Shown: positions 13,664-27,679 of the stretch, piece by piece
Numbering within the stretch: the first letter of the stretch is position 1
How the letters are laid out: every line of letters begins with the position of its first letter
Origin: Eledone cirrhosa
Taxonomy: Eukaryota
Assembly (NCBI GenBank): GCA_964016885.1
Contig: OZ024752.1
Span: 33,108,001 to 33,172,000, forward strand
Length of the DNA: 64,000 nucleotides
Direction of reading: 5' to 3'
The notes under the pieces: generated by a model
Seen by the model: the letters and a program-made list of their open reading frames with translations, nothing else
The model's database searches: none
What the model was told of the DNA's origin: nothing
Translations under genes and position numbers: made by a program

Positions 13664-14775
13664 ATATATATATATATCACTTCCATTCTCTCACTCTCTA
13701 TAATTCTGTGACATAGTTATGGCCCTTTACGTTCAGAATTCAAATCACACCGAGGTTAACTTTGCCTTTCATCATTACGGGGGTCGATAAAATAAAGTAC
13801 CAGTAATGCATTGGGTCCGATTTAATCGACTTTCCCTTCTCCCCCAAAAGTTGTTGGCTTTGTCCCTAAATCAGAAACCATTATTGTGGATTGGTAGGAA
13901 TCGGTAGAGCGCCGGACAACATGCTTGAGTGGCATAGAGTTATGACCCTTTACGTTCACACCGAGGTTAGCTTTGCCTTTCATCCTTACGAGGTCGATAA
14001 AATAAAGTACCAGTAATGCATTGGGGCCGATTTAATCGACTTTCCCTTCACCCCCAAAAATTGTTGGCCTTGTCCCTAAATTAAAAACTATCATTAAATA
14101 TTACCCCTAAACGTTATTAACTTTAATATTTCCAATTTTCCCAAATTATTTAACCTTGATTGCTTAAATGAAATATAATTGTTTCTTGATTGCTTAAATG
14201 AAATATAATTGTTTCTACAAGGCCAGCAATTATACCAGTGCATTACTGGTACTTTATTTTATCGACCCCGTAAGGATGAAAGGTAAAGTTAACCTCGGCG
14301 GGATTTGAACTCAGATTGGAAAGGGCCGTAACTCTATGCGTCAAAGCATGGCGTCCGACCCTCTACCGATACTGCCAATCCACCGCCCTATATATATTTA
14401 AATAATTGTTTCTACTTTAGGCACAAGGCCAGCAATTACCCAGTGCATTACTGGTACTTTATTTTATCGACCCCGTAAGGATGAAAGGCAAAGTTAACCT
14501 CGGCGGGATTTGAACTCAGATCATAAAGGGACGTAATTATGCTGGAAAGCATGGCGTCCGACCCTCTACCGATACTGCCAATCCACCGCCATTGCTTAAA
14601 TGAAATATAATACCTATTAAAAGTTATTTTATTGGGTCATAAAAAATATTTTCATTAACTAATATTAATTATTTTTTCTGTTTAGTTTACTTATCCCTGT
14701 AATTACTTCGTTAATAATTATCTATTATCAGATAATTACAAACTATAAATTAATTAGTAATTGAAAAACACATGC

Positions 14776-14832
<57 letters not shown>

Positions 14833-15036
14833 ATGTGTGTGTGTGTGTGTATGTGTGTGTGTGTGCGTGTGTGTGCGTGTGCGCGTGTGTGTGTGCGTGT
14901 GCGTGTGCGTGTGTGTGTGCGTGTGTGTGTGTGTGTGTGTTAGGTAATTCCGAAGGAAAAGTAAAGGAAAAAAGAGTGCTCTATGTATAGAACAGAGCTA
15001 TCTAATTAGAAAGTGAACAACACAAAATATAACTTA

Positions 15037-15102
15037 TCCATTACCAAAGGTTTCTGGATGCCAGACAATATTAATATACGTCTGGATCGGTCATCAGACA
15101 GA
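15037..15102 (-). ncRNA. Type I hammerhead motif, family 4
   Basis: TCTGT-CTGATGA-(CCAGAC/GTCTGG stem)-GAAA-CC-TTT-GG-TA-ATGGA. Confidence 0.62.
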
Positions 15103-15167
15103 GACGTATATTACCTTTGGTAATAGAGTAGTTATATTTTTTGTTGTTCACTTTCTAATTAAATATT

Positions 15168-15198
<31 letters not shown>

Positions 15199-15419
15199 AT
15201 GTGTGTGTGTGTGTGTGTGTGTATGTGTGTGTGTATGTGTGTGTGCGTGTGTGTGTGTATAAACACTGAGTTAAAAGCTTATATTGAGGGTATGTCACTA
15301 TCTTATACATCATACATTATATTTTATCTAACGAAAGCATACCATAATTCGGTATCCTTGAAATGCGTATAATAAAAAATGTATGTGATGCTATAGTGAT
15401 ATTTTCCATTTATTACTAT

Positions 15420-15473
<54 letters not shown>

Positions 15474-15666
15474 AGTTAATATAAAAAAAATGATGATCAA
15501 CACTAATGTGTTTTTATTGCAAATTGACAATAATTTAGCCAGATAGAAATATTATATTAACTTGTATTTTACTGCTCAGAAATATTTCTTAGAGCTAAAT
15601 AATTGTATTTGACTCCTGAGTGAAAACTCTAAATTATATTATATATATATATATATATATAGATGA

Positions 15667-15715
15667 GATTCTACAGGACTAGAACTGTTTCATTCATTAG
15701 AAATCATCAGGAATC
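15667..15715 (-). ncRNA. Type I hammerhead ribozyme motif, family 1
   Basis: GATTC-CTGATGA-TTTCTAATGAAT-GAAA-CAG-TTCTAGTC-CTG-TA-GAATC: complete core, stems I and III, GUA site; stem II weak. Confidence 0.75.
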
Positions 15716-17312
15716 ACACAGGCGTTTCGTTGGCTCGACCAACTTTTGAACCTCCGTTGAGGGGCGGAAATAACTTATATAAAGAAGAGAGATGGGAGAG
15801 CGACCAGAAGGAGGATAATATATAGTAAAGAAGAAAAATATAGAAGGTAATTTCTAATGAATGAAACAGTTCTAGTCCTGTAGAATCTCATCTATATTAA
15901 AACTGTTATACTCTGCTATGTATTGAGTACCTTACTTACTGTGGTTACCTCCGATTCAACCCGGAATAACGTATATATATATATAATCATTTTTTTATCT
16001 ATTGTTAAGCGTGTAAATTCTTACTTACATGTTGTCACATCCTTTGCTTCAATGTCCTCCCCCTCTCTCTTTATATATTGTAAAGACCAATACTCCAACG
16101 AAGATATAACACAAACAGGCGTTTCGTTGGCTCGACCAACTTTTGAACCTCCGTTGAGGGGCGGAAATAACTTATATAAAGAAGAGAGATGGGAGAGCGA
16201 CCAGAAGGAGGATAATATATAGTAAAGAAGAAAAATATAGAAGGTAATTGTAAATATATGTATATATATATATTTTTTTTTTTACGTCCACTTTTCTCTG
16301 CTTGCAAGGGTGGGATGGGAACTGATTCTGGCTTGATTTCTACAGCTGGATGCCCTTCCTAACACCAACCTCATTTATAGTGAGTGCTGGGTGCTTTTTT
16401 GCCGTGGCACCTACACGACCACTTTGCAGTGGAATGATAGGGACCCCAGTCCTAGCATCTCATTTCTACAACTGAGTAAACTGGAGCAATGTGAAATAAA
16501 GTGTCTTGCTCAAGGAAACAACACATCACCCGGTCTATGGTCTATAACGTAAAAGGCGGCGAATTGGCAAAGTCGTTAGAACGTAGGATAGAATGCTTTA
16601 TGGTATTGGTTCCGGCTCTCTGATTTCGCAGTGCAAATCCCGCTGAGGTCAACTCCGCCCCCCATTCTTCCGAGATCGGTAAAAAAAAGTACCAGTTTAG
16701 TACTGGGGGATTCGATTTTTCCATTCTCTAGAAGAAATCTGCTGTACTCAGCCCTGGAGAGGGATTGGCTCCGATAGGCTTAAAGTGCCCAAGAAACGCG
16801 GTATGTCAATGCGGCGCCTCTACGACTCTATCAGGAGTTACGGGAACATGTATACATACCATAATTTGTGTAAACAAACCGTTGCAGTTATTTTAATTTA
16901 ACAGCTTAAAAATATTTTTTTTTTAATATTTTTTTTTAAATATTTTTTTCAGTTATCATAATGTTCTTGTGATTCTTGAATGTTTTTCTCAATGAAATCC
17001 CCTTCTCCAATTTATTTATGATTTTAATGTGTATTTGTTTTTATACTCAGATCTTACTATATAGGTTTACTCTTTTTTTTTTTTACCATATTCTTCATAT
17101 TTTATTTGTTGAAACACATGTAAGACGAATAAAGCTGTCTTAAATTCCTTCATAATTCCTGTAAACACACACACGCACACATATATATATATATTTGATA
17201 GGACTTCTTTCTTTTTACCATATTCTTCATATTTTATTTGTTGAAACACATGTAAGACGAATAAAGGTATCTTAAATTCCTTCATAATTCCTGTAAACCC
17301 ACACACATATAC

Positions 17313-17351
<39 letters not shown>

Positions 17352-17986
17352 ATAGGATCTTCGTGGTGTATGGGGCAGCGTGAGAAAAACTCCGAGTGAG
17401 TAGTTAACGGTTTATTGTTGGTGTACAGAATATTCAGTATCGGCCATCTCTCATTACTGCATAATCTGCAAACTTTGAGCCCATTAACATATGGTCTGGA
17501 TTGTGCAAGTATGTAAATGGGTCTCAACGATTTGAGATGCCCCCTTGAATATATATATATATATATATAAATCAGGAAAGAAGATTGACATGGTTTGCTA
17601 TACAAAAAAGGTTTTTAATCTCATTGCTGACAATTGTTTCTCTGAACTGGTAGGTCTAGAGATCGCTATTCGCTTGTTTTCACGTTACTCGATCGCCAAT
17701 ACAAAATTATAACCAGTCAGTTCTTCGGAGCATATATATATATATATACAAATGTAATTAGAGAAAGTTTCATTGATTAAGACGAAAGTCATTTCAAATC
17801 ATTGAAAGAGACGTTCTAATAATATGAGTCTTTTATTGGTATGGAAAAAAAATAAAGAAGCAAGAAGAAACTTCTGAATTTTCAGAAATAATGAAAAGAC
17901 ATATAATAAAAGAATGAATGCAACACCTTATAATTCCAATATAAATATAGTATATATGTAGAATATGTATTTATAGAATTCAAAGG

Positions 17987-18059
<73 letters not shown>

Positions 18060-18251
18060 CGAAGGGAATGTGGTAAGGAACCAGGTGGACCATAACGCAC
18101 CAAAGTACTCAATACTTAGGGTAGTAGAGTGGGTAATAGGAACGAGTAGGACCCCGACGGCTGAGCTCAAGCCGTTTCGACGGCTAATTCATTTTAGTCC
18201 AGAATTAGCCGTCGAAACGGCTTGAGCTCAGCCGTCGGGGTCCTACTCGTT

Positions 18252-18297
<46 letters not shown>

Positions 18298-18345
18298 TAC
18301 TAATAATAGAAAGGACGATTTGTTAGGTCTTCATTATATTTATTT

Positions 18346-18430
18346 AGTGACATGCGTTTCGCTATTGATCAGCTCAAGGTACAATCTGTATCGATCTAGC
18401 CCTACACTGAAATCAAAAGCTCATCAGACT
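18346..18430 (-). ncRNA. Type I hammerhead motif, family 5
   Basis: AGT-CTGATGA-GCTTTTGAT..ATCAATAGC-GAAA-CGCATG-TC-ACT; GUC site, short stem I. Confidence 0.65.
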
Positions 18431-18658
18431 TCTGTTATGGTAATATATATATATATAATATATAAGATCAAAAGATGGTTAAAAGAGTTCCATGTATTTT
18501 ATTATGCGCATTTCAAAAACAAATATCATGATGCGATGACATTTGCGTTTTCGTCAGATAAAATAGGGAGACAGGTTAAAAAACACTTGTGAATAGTGCA
18601 GTTTTAAATCAACTTCACTATTCACAAGTGTTTTTTAACCTTCATATCATGTCTCCCT

Positions 18659-18727
18659 ATTTTATCTGACGAAAACACAAATGTCATCTCATGATGATAT
18701 TTATTTTTGAAATGCGCATAATAAAAT
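18659..18727 (+). ncRNA. Type I hammerhead motif, family 2; mirror copy 18496-18564 (-), further copy 6573-6640 (-)
   Basis: ATTTTAT-CTGACGA-long stem II-GAAA-TGCGCA-TA-ATAAAAT. Confidence 0.78.
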
Positions 18728-18850
18728 ACATGGAACTCTTTTAACCATCTTTTGATCTTATATATTATTTATACTCCAGTCCTACAAACTGTAGAGTGCT
18801 ACTTATCCGATATCTGCATTGCTTTATTGTACTACAATAAAACTCACCTC

Positions 18851-18883
<33 letters not shown>

Positions 18884-19722
18884 AATACAAACATACAGTC
18901 TGCTCATTTCCCTTCCTCATTGCTGAGAGTCAGGTTTCATTGGACAATTGCATCAATGCTCATCCAAATGATGCTGTATATATATATGACACACACACAC
19001 ATATATATGTATGTATATATATATATGTGTATGTGTGTGTCTAAATGTATATGTGTGTATAATACATATATATATATATATATCATCATCATCATCATTT
19101 TACGTCCGCTTTTTCCCTGCTTGTAAGGGTGGGACGGGGACTGATTCTGGCTTGATTTCTACAGCTGGATGCCCTTCCTAACACCAACCTCATTTACAGT
19201 GAGTGCTGGGAGCTTTTTTGCCGTGGCACCTCCACAACCACTTTGCAGTGGAATGATAGGGACCCCAGTCCCTATCATCTCATTTCTACAGCTGAGTAAA
19301 CTGGAGCAATGTGAAATAAAGTGTCTTGCTCAAGGAAACAACACATCACCCGGTCTGAGAATTGAACTCACAACCTTTCAATTGCAAGGCCAATGCTCTA
19401 ACCACTAAGCCATGTGCCTCCATATATATATATAAAGCACCCAGCCCACATTGTAAAGTGGACGTGTAGGCGCCACGGTAAAAAAGCACTCAGTACTCAC
19501 TGTAAATGAGGTTGGTGTTAGGAAGGGCATCCAGCTGTAGAAATCAAGCCAGAATCAGTTCCCGTCCCACCCTTGCAAGCAGGGAAAAGTGGACGTAAAA
19601 TGATGATGATGATATATATTTATATATAAGTTTATCCCGGGTTCAATCGGGGGTAACCACAGTAAGTAAGGTACTCAATACAAAGCAGAGTATAAATATT
19701 TAATATAGAAAAGGCTTCTACC

Positions 19723-19773
19723 GGCTTCCTAATGATTTCTCCTGAATGAAACAGTTCTAGTCCTGTAGAAGCC
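19723..19773 (+). ncRNA. Hammerhead family 1 copy with mutated core (CTAATGA)
   Basis: Stem I GGCTTC/GAAGCC, same stem III, G5-to-A change. Confidence 0.6.
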
Positions 19774-20664
19774 TTTTCTATATTAAATATATATATATAT
19801 ATATATATATAACAACTGGACAAAATATAACAGATAATTGAGAGACTACATAGCAGGACAAATCTTGACCAACACTATAAGGACTCAGGAATTTTTAGAA
19901 TTGAAACTATTTATCTGGAAAATAGCACCCAGTCTACCCTGCCAAGTGGTAGGCGTGGGCCATCCAGTGCCAGGTTGTAGGGTATCCAGCAGTAGAAACT
20001 GTGTCAAAATGGAACATATGAACAAGATTCAGTCGCCTGACCTGTCTGTCTAACTTCAGAACATGACAACTCATCTAACCCATGCATGTGAGCTTGGAAA
20101 ATAGTAGTGTGATGATGATAGTGATGATGATAAAGGTGGTAATGAGTATGGTGGTGGTGGTGGTAATGGCACTGGTGATGATGATGATAGTGGTGGTAAT
20201 GGCACTGGTGATGATGATAATGATGATGATGATGATGGTGATGGTGGTGGAGGTGATGATAATGATGATGATATATTTGGAATGGAAGAACTAAAACATC
20301 AATCGATGGCAGAAACTGTAAAGATCATTAAACGAAGATATCTTGTTATATTGGATTATATCCCTTTACATTCTACATTTAAATTCTATACAGGTCAACT
20401 TTGCATGTTTTCCATCCTTCTTGGATTCATATAATAAAATATTAGTCAAGTACTGAGTGGGGTAGGGTGTTATATAATCAATTCTACCCCAGAAGGCAGT
20501 ACCCACACACACTTCCCAGAATGGCGACCATCCAATTACTGAAGCCAGTCCAGTAAAATAATATAACACCAATGAAATGATCCACCAGTTCAACACAACG
20601 TAATGAGACTTTGATTATTCTTCCTTCAAAGAATGAAAGATTATTTATTATATTGGAATTGTAT

Positions 20665-20978
20665 AAACTGTGTATAAGAGGGATAAGTTGTAGTGTGTGG
20701 GAGAGAAGACTGCATTGGTATGGACATGTGATGTGCATGGAGGATGACCGCTGGGTAAAGAAGTGCCAAGAAATCCCAGTAGAAGGAAGACGCAGTAGGG
20801 GAAGACGACGAAAAACATGGACGGAGGTGGTGAGAGCAGACCTCAGATCTCTGAAGCTCACGGAGGAGTTGACAAAGAACCGTGATGAATGGAGAGATGC
20901 TGTCCTGAATAGGACCCGTCCTACCCTTGCAAGCAGGGAAAAGTGGACATAAAATGATGATGGTGATGATGATGATGT
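20665..20978 (+). mobile_element. RTE LINE 3' fragment
   Basis: RRLHWYGHVM..GRRRKTW, then (ATG)n tail. Confidence 0.85.
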
Positions 20979-22491
20979 ATAAATGTTACTTCATTGATTA
21001 GTAAAAAATATATCAATGAGTATACAACTCCTTTTATTTTACATCAGGCAGGGCAAAAGTCACTTCAATACATACCCATATGTCAATAGAATGTGTTAAT
21101 GAAATAGGGAAAACATCAGGTATGCCAAAGTCACTTCCATATATACAGATACCTCAATAGAATGTGGTGATGAAATACTGAAAAGATCAGGCAGGGCAAA
21201 AGTCACTTCCATATATACATATTCTATACATAGGAAACCAATGGCCATCTAAAAAAAAAGAAAAGAAAATCCTGCCAAATCAATGGGTGGCAGTAGTTCC
21301 AGCTGCACGCATCGAAAGACTGGTGTAGTGGTTCTGAGAACAATGCGGCTTTGCAGATGATTAATGCAAAGGCGCTCCCGCTCGAGTTAGAAGAGAACTA
21401 TTGACCTTCAGGAGAAGCAGCGACCCCTGATTGTATTCAGCAACCCAAACAAATAGGAAGTACACCAAATCCAATGCTCCTAGGAGCAGCCCTGGTTCTT
21501 CTTATTTGCGAGTGTAAACTCGGCCAGATTAGATTAGATTAGATTAGATATGCCTCAATAGAATCATCATCATCACCATCATCATCATTTAACATCCATT
21601 TTTCCACACTAGCATGGGTTAGATGAGTTGTCCCATTGTGAGAGAAGTCAGATCAGGTGACCATGTCTTGCTCATACAGAACTGTTTCTGGCTTGGTTTT
21701 CATGGCTGGATGCCTTCCTTTACTACAAACCTGTGTGATAATGAAATTGGGATAAGAGAAAGGTATGGCAAAAGTCACTTCCATACCTACATATATCTCA
21801 ATAGAATATGGTGATGAAATACGGAAAATATGGACTTTATAGTTTATTATATAATATGTTTAATGAGACAGCAGGATTAATATTAAAATTGTAAATCAGT
21901 AATTTTAACTTGAACTTCAAACAACAACAGGAACTCACTCTTTACCAAGAAAAACGGTGAAAGATCATGTTCTGCTTTATCAATGAAATTTACATCGAAA
22001 AAGATTTATTTAACCTCAAGCTGATTCATATATATACTCAAATATAAGCTGAACAATATGTGACCAAAAACATCGATGGTAGAAGCAGGGTTGGTTTTAT
22101 ATTCGGGGTCAATATTTTGACGATTTTCACCAACTTCAAATTCTACGTAAATAAGGTTTTGCTTTTTGCCCATTTTTCAGATATAAAATAGTGGGGTTGG
22201 CTAATATTCATATCTGCTTATAGTCGAGTATATATTGTAGATAGAGAAAACATATAATGGTTCTGATCAGTATCTGCTTACTGGGAAAATTTATAAAATA
22301 TTTTAAAATATAGATTTAAGGAAACTTTCGACCCAGTAAAGCTGAAAACCCAGATATATTGAAGAATTTTCACAGAATTTGCACAGACTTCAAGAATTAT
22401 GATATTCTGGAGACATTAAAGAAGAGAGAATGATATTCAAAAACGGCAGTGAATGAAGCTGCAGTATTGGTATTGAGATTTAATAGAAGAT

Positions 22492-23395
22492 GATACCTCG
22501 GCCCCACATGGCCAAGTATGGCCAGAGATAGGAAGCAGTGGAGGTCAACCAGGGAGGGGTTCCTCTAGATGAATTGATAGATAATACCTTGACCCTATAT
22601 GACCCAGTATGGCTGGAGACAGGAAGCAGTGGAGGTCAACCAGGGAGGGGTTCCTCTAGATGAATTGATAGATAATACCTCGGCCCCACATGGCCAAGTA
22701 TGGCCAGAGATAGGAAGCAGTGGAGGTCAACCAAGGAGGGGTTCCTCTAGATGAATTGATAGATAATACCTTGACCCTATATGACCCAGTATGGCTGGAG
22801 ACAGGAAGCAGTGGAGGTCAACCAGGGAGGGGTTCCTCTAGATGAATTGATAGATAATACCTCGGCCCCACATGGCCAAGTATGGCCAGAGATAGGAAGC
22901 AGTGGAGGTCAACCAGGGAGGGGTGCCTCTAGATGAATTGATAGATAATACCTCGGCCCCACATGGCCAAGTATGGCCAGAGATAGGAAGCAGTGGAGGT
23001 CAACCAGGGAGGGGTTCCTCTAGGAGATGATTTGATAGATAATACCTTGACCATATATGACCCAGTATGGCCAGAGACAGGAAGCAGTGGAGGTCAACCA
23101 GGGAGAGCTTCCTCTAGATGAATTGATAGATAATACCTTGACCCTATATGACCCAGTATGGCTGGAGATAGGAAGCAGTGGAGGTCAACCAGGGAGGGGT
23201 TCCTCTAGATGAATTGATAGATAATACCTTGACCCTATATGACCCAGTATGGCTGGAGGTAGGAAGCAGTGGAGGTCAACCAGGGAGGGGTTCCTCTAGG
23301 AGATGATTTGATAGATAATACCTTGACCCTACATGACCCAGTATGGCCGGAGATAGGAAGCAGTGGAGGTCAACGAGGGAGACAGTTCCTCCAAC
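22492..23395. repeat. 91/94-bp minisatellite, 10 copies in two variants
   Basis: Recurring AGGAAGCAGTGGAGGTCAACCAGGGAGGGGTTCCTCTAG with period 91. Confidence 0.93.
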
Positions 23396-26197
23396 AGGAG
23401 TAAGAAAACCCTAGATTTGGGATGAAAAGACTGGTTATTGAAAAGACTCTGGTATCTCATTGATAGCAGGTCAGAAATAAATACTAATATCAACCAAAGT
23501 CTAAATATATGGGAAGACATACAAGAAAGAGTTGAAACAAAACAGTAAAACAGAAGCCACTGTATATAATTGTTTCTACCTTTGGCACAAGGCCAGCAAT
23601 TATCCCAGCGCATTACTGGTACTTTATTTTATCGACCGCGTAAGGATGAAAGGCAAAGTTAACCCCAGCGGGATTTGAACTCAGAATGGCAAGGGCCATA
23701 ACTCTATGCGTCAAAGCATCGTGTCCGACCCTCTACAGATACTGCCAATCCATAATGTATATATATTATATTTATAATTGTTTCTACTTTAGGCACAAGG
23801 CCAGCAATTATCCCAGTGCGTTACTGGTACTTTATTTTATCGACCCCGTAAGGATGAAAGGCAAAGTCAACCTCGGCGGGATTTGAACTCAGATTGTAAA
23901 GGGATGTAACTATGCTGGAAAGCATGGCGTCCGACCCTCTACTGATACTGCCAATCCACCGCCTTATTATATTTATAATGTATATATAATCTATATATAT
24001 ATTGTATATAATGTATATATAATGCATAAATAATGTATACAATCTACAAGATCCCAGACCTCATTCGCTTAACGAGTGGAGTGGAACTTGTCAAATCGGA
24101 CCAAGGAAACAATATTTCCATTGGTCTTTCCAATTGCTAATACTATTTATCTGTCAGTCGCAAATCCAAGCAGAAGGAGCAACATGAAATAAAATGTCTT
24201 GCTCAAATATATTCCACCAAGCCTTCTGACACTAAGGGGCTTTTGGGACTGAAGCCTCTCCAATAATGAGGAAACTTGTTGAATGATCAGTGATTATTTT
24301 AAAATAATTTATCTCAATATATTTATGCTTTGGTTTTTACATCACTGATTTTCTATTAACTCTAAATATGTTAGTATTATCATGTTTTTAATTTCTTTCT
24401 TGGTCTCGTATTTGTGATAAACAAGTGTGAGTTAATAATAATGGGTTCTACAATGAGTCCAGCAGGGGAGGGGAAAGTCGATTAAATCGAACCTGGTGCT
24501 TTATTTCATCGTCTCCATAAGGATGAAAGGCGAAGCTAACCTCAGCAGGATTTGAACTCAGAACGTAAAGGGCCATAACTCCATGTCCGACAGCTCTACC
24601 AATACTGTCAATCCACCGCCCTGTGAAAACTCCACCGCGTGATTTAATAATAATAATAATAATTGTTTCTACTTTTGGCACAAGGCCAGCAATTACCCAG
24701 TGCATTACTGGTACTTTATTTTATCGACCGCGTAAGGATGAAAGCAAAGTTAACCTCGACAATGATAATAATACACATATATAGTATATATACTTAACCC
24801 CTCCAATCCCAAAACCTGTAATAGAAGCTCTGTCCAATAAATGCATCCAAAGGGCTAGGTAGTGTTAAACAAACAAAAACAAAATGACTATTTTGTAACT
24901 GACAGCTTTTGCCACCACATACCACTGACAGTCAATCTTGATATAGTTTCATTGATGCAACAAAGGGTATGAAAAGCAATAACACTAAAGATGGAGTGAT
25001 GTGACAACTCAAGAAATTTTCTGTCAATGTTTATAGTTTTCCAGTAAAATGATAAGTAAAACCAGGAATTGAATTGGATGAATTTAATGTCATTTACCAG
25101 AAATCTTGGTTGAATGATATTTATGTTATTTAACAATAAATCTTAAGGTTACGATTTTAGCTGATTTTCTTCACTGAAAAACATTCAGGGATGATTCCAA
25201 TAATCTTCATATTAGTTCTGTTTACTAACAAGTTTTAAGGAGATAAATATTATTCACAAACACATTTCGACTCAATATAAGTGTTGTTTCTTTAACAAAC
25301 ATTTCTGTGTTGTTAACCAAAAGTCTTTAATTAATTTTGTCCACTGGAAAATCTCCATTCAGTTCTGTTCCACAGGAAGTATTTTTAACAGGAAGTTAGT
25401 TTTCAACAGGAAGTTATTATTTGTTAACAAATCCTCCATCAGTTAAACTTTATATTTGACAAAACTTCTTTGTCAAAACGAATTCTCAAATAATATTGTT
25501 AAATATAAAATCCTTGAGTAATTTTGTTTCCATGATTATCTTCTCTTATGGTCAGGTCAGGCTTCTGCTTGCTACTGGTACCATGTAACCCACCCAGCAC
25601 AACCTGCTTCATGGTTGAATTGTCATTGACTAAAGCAACTCCCCATCAGACCATGGACTGGTGAGGAGGGTAAGTGGAATCCCAGCAGCACAAAAACCAC
25701 AAAAAGAGATGGATGAACTCCCCAGAGTTAACAGCCACAACTGGCCAAGGGTGGTGAAGACATGACCAAAACCAAAAAACCAGAAAGTGGTGGAAGTCAA
25801 CCAGGGAGAGGTTGCTCTAATGGAAGTGGGAAACCCCTGGATTGGACTGGAATTATTTCCTTTAAATGTTATCGTCTTCGGTAAAGAATTTGGAAGAGAC
25901 TGATAATAATATGATGCTGAACAAGAAAACCTTCATCTTGTGTGCGAAAAAGTGAAAATGAATAGTTCGGTATAGAATTTTAGAAACATCGAACTGTGTC
26001 TTAACAGTAAACAAACCACCATCAGAAGAAAGAATTTGATAAAACGTGCATTAATACCAGTAAAAGACCATCAAATGCAATCAAATTTTATGGAAGTTAA
26101 CCAGCGATATGTACACAGCAATATGAGTGTAATGCAGCAGTGGCGGCAGTGATACAGTTATCGTACATTTTAAAATTAACAAGAATCACTTTCAATG

Positions 26198-26258
26198 TCA
26201 TGATGTGTCTCCAATTTTACGAACATTGAGTGAATAAGTTATTTTTTTCGAAGTCAAT
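26198..26258 (-). CDS. FYCO1: FYCO1-like terminal coding exon (LTSKKITYSLNVRKIGDTS*)
   Basis: CTTTACAG acceptor, phase 2, completes the GOLD end motif SRxxSKKxxY, ends in TGA. Confidence 0.88.
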
Positions 26259-26387
26259 CTGTAAAGAAAAGAAGAGGAATAGTTCATTAGATACAAATCA
26301 AATACCAAATCTTGAAAATACAGAGATAAATGTAATATAAAATAGGAATCTAATATTGTATTTTTGTGGTCTAGTCTTTATCTTACA

Positions 26388-27474
26388 CTAGCATTAAAGC
26401 CCGGCGTTGCTCAGGGTCATTAAGTTACCAAAGTTAGGTTGCACCACCCATTTTATGGCAGCACTTTTTTGTCTGCGAGGCACTGGGTGAATGAATCGCA
26501 GACCTGGAAGCAGGAGCTGCGCCAGCAGTGACAATTGAAGTTTCGCCTATGGATATTATCTCTGTGCAAAAAAGTGTTGAAATTTATTGTTTCACAGTAT
26601 TTGCGCAACACGCGCGTAGACGATGCCAGCCGAACAACAGAGCTGCGATGGAGTTGTTCTGCATGGTTGTCTGTGTGTTTTCTAAATTTAAGACAGTAGG
26701 GAGGGTTGTGATATGAGGGAGAGTTAGCTGTTGTTTCTAGCAGGTTTAGTGACCTCATAGAGGATATGTGTTTTCTAAATTTAAGACAGTAGGGAGTGGT
26801 GTGATATGGGGGAGAGTTAGCTGCTGTTTCTAGCAGGTTTAGTGACCTCATAGAAGATATGTTTTCTAAATTTAAGACAGTAGGGATGGTGTGATATGAG
26901 GGAGAGTTAGCTGCTGTTTCTAGCAGGTTTAGTAACCTCATAGATGATATGTGTTTTCTAAATTTAAGACAGTAGGGAGTGGTGTGATACAGGGGAGAGT
27001 TAGCTGCTGTTTCTAGCAGGTTTAGTGACCTCTTAGAGGATATTATTGTTTATCATTATCTATAAAAAGCAGATTGTTGTTGTTGTTGTTGAAGTGAGTG
27101 TGTGTTTGTATGCATTTGGAAAAGAGGTTTTAAAAAAGATTTATCGCTTGTTGTTGAATAAATGTATCTGTTGCTTTTCGGACAGTATCACCATCAAGCT
27201 TGGAAAGAGAAAGTAGCAGAAAGTATGAAGTTGTATAGATTTTGAATGGTAGTGGAAAGAGTTTAGCAGTTTAAATGACAGAGAAAAATCGTAAAATATT
27301 GAGTTTTATCTATTTTTTTGCGTAATTGTGGGTGAAATTGAAAAAATGAGATGTGCCAAGACGCAATCGAAACTATTTCGAATACTGAATTGTAAATTTC
27401 AATTGAAGAAATTCTATATCATAGATTTCTATAAGAAAGAAGCATGACCACACACTGAGCTTTATAGATTATGA
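26388..27474 (-). mobile_element. Non-autonomous Helitron-like element inserted at A|T in a MITE
   Basis: 5' TC, 3' hairpin CCCTGAGCAACGCCGGG followed by CTAG; joined flanks restore TCTTACA|TAATATC of the MITE family at 39115/44620/51919. Confidence 0.7.
26674..27042. repeat. About 92-bp tandem repeat, 4 copies, inside the Helitron-like element
   Basis: Recurring TTTTCTAAATTTAAGACAGTAGGGA..GAGAGTTAGCTG. Confidence 0.88.
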
Positions 27475-27679
27475 TAATATCTCTTACATAAAATCGAATC
27501 TATGAGATTTTGATGTTATTATTTTGAGAACAATACTTTAACATCAGTATGGGTGGCCAGTTACAGCCAGTTTGAACAAAAAGAGGTGAGAGAACTCTGG
27601 CCGGGTATAGCCAGTTTAAAGAGTGTTAGGAAGAACGCAATGATAAATGTTGATGCAAAATTAACAACCATTTTTATTG

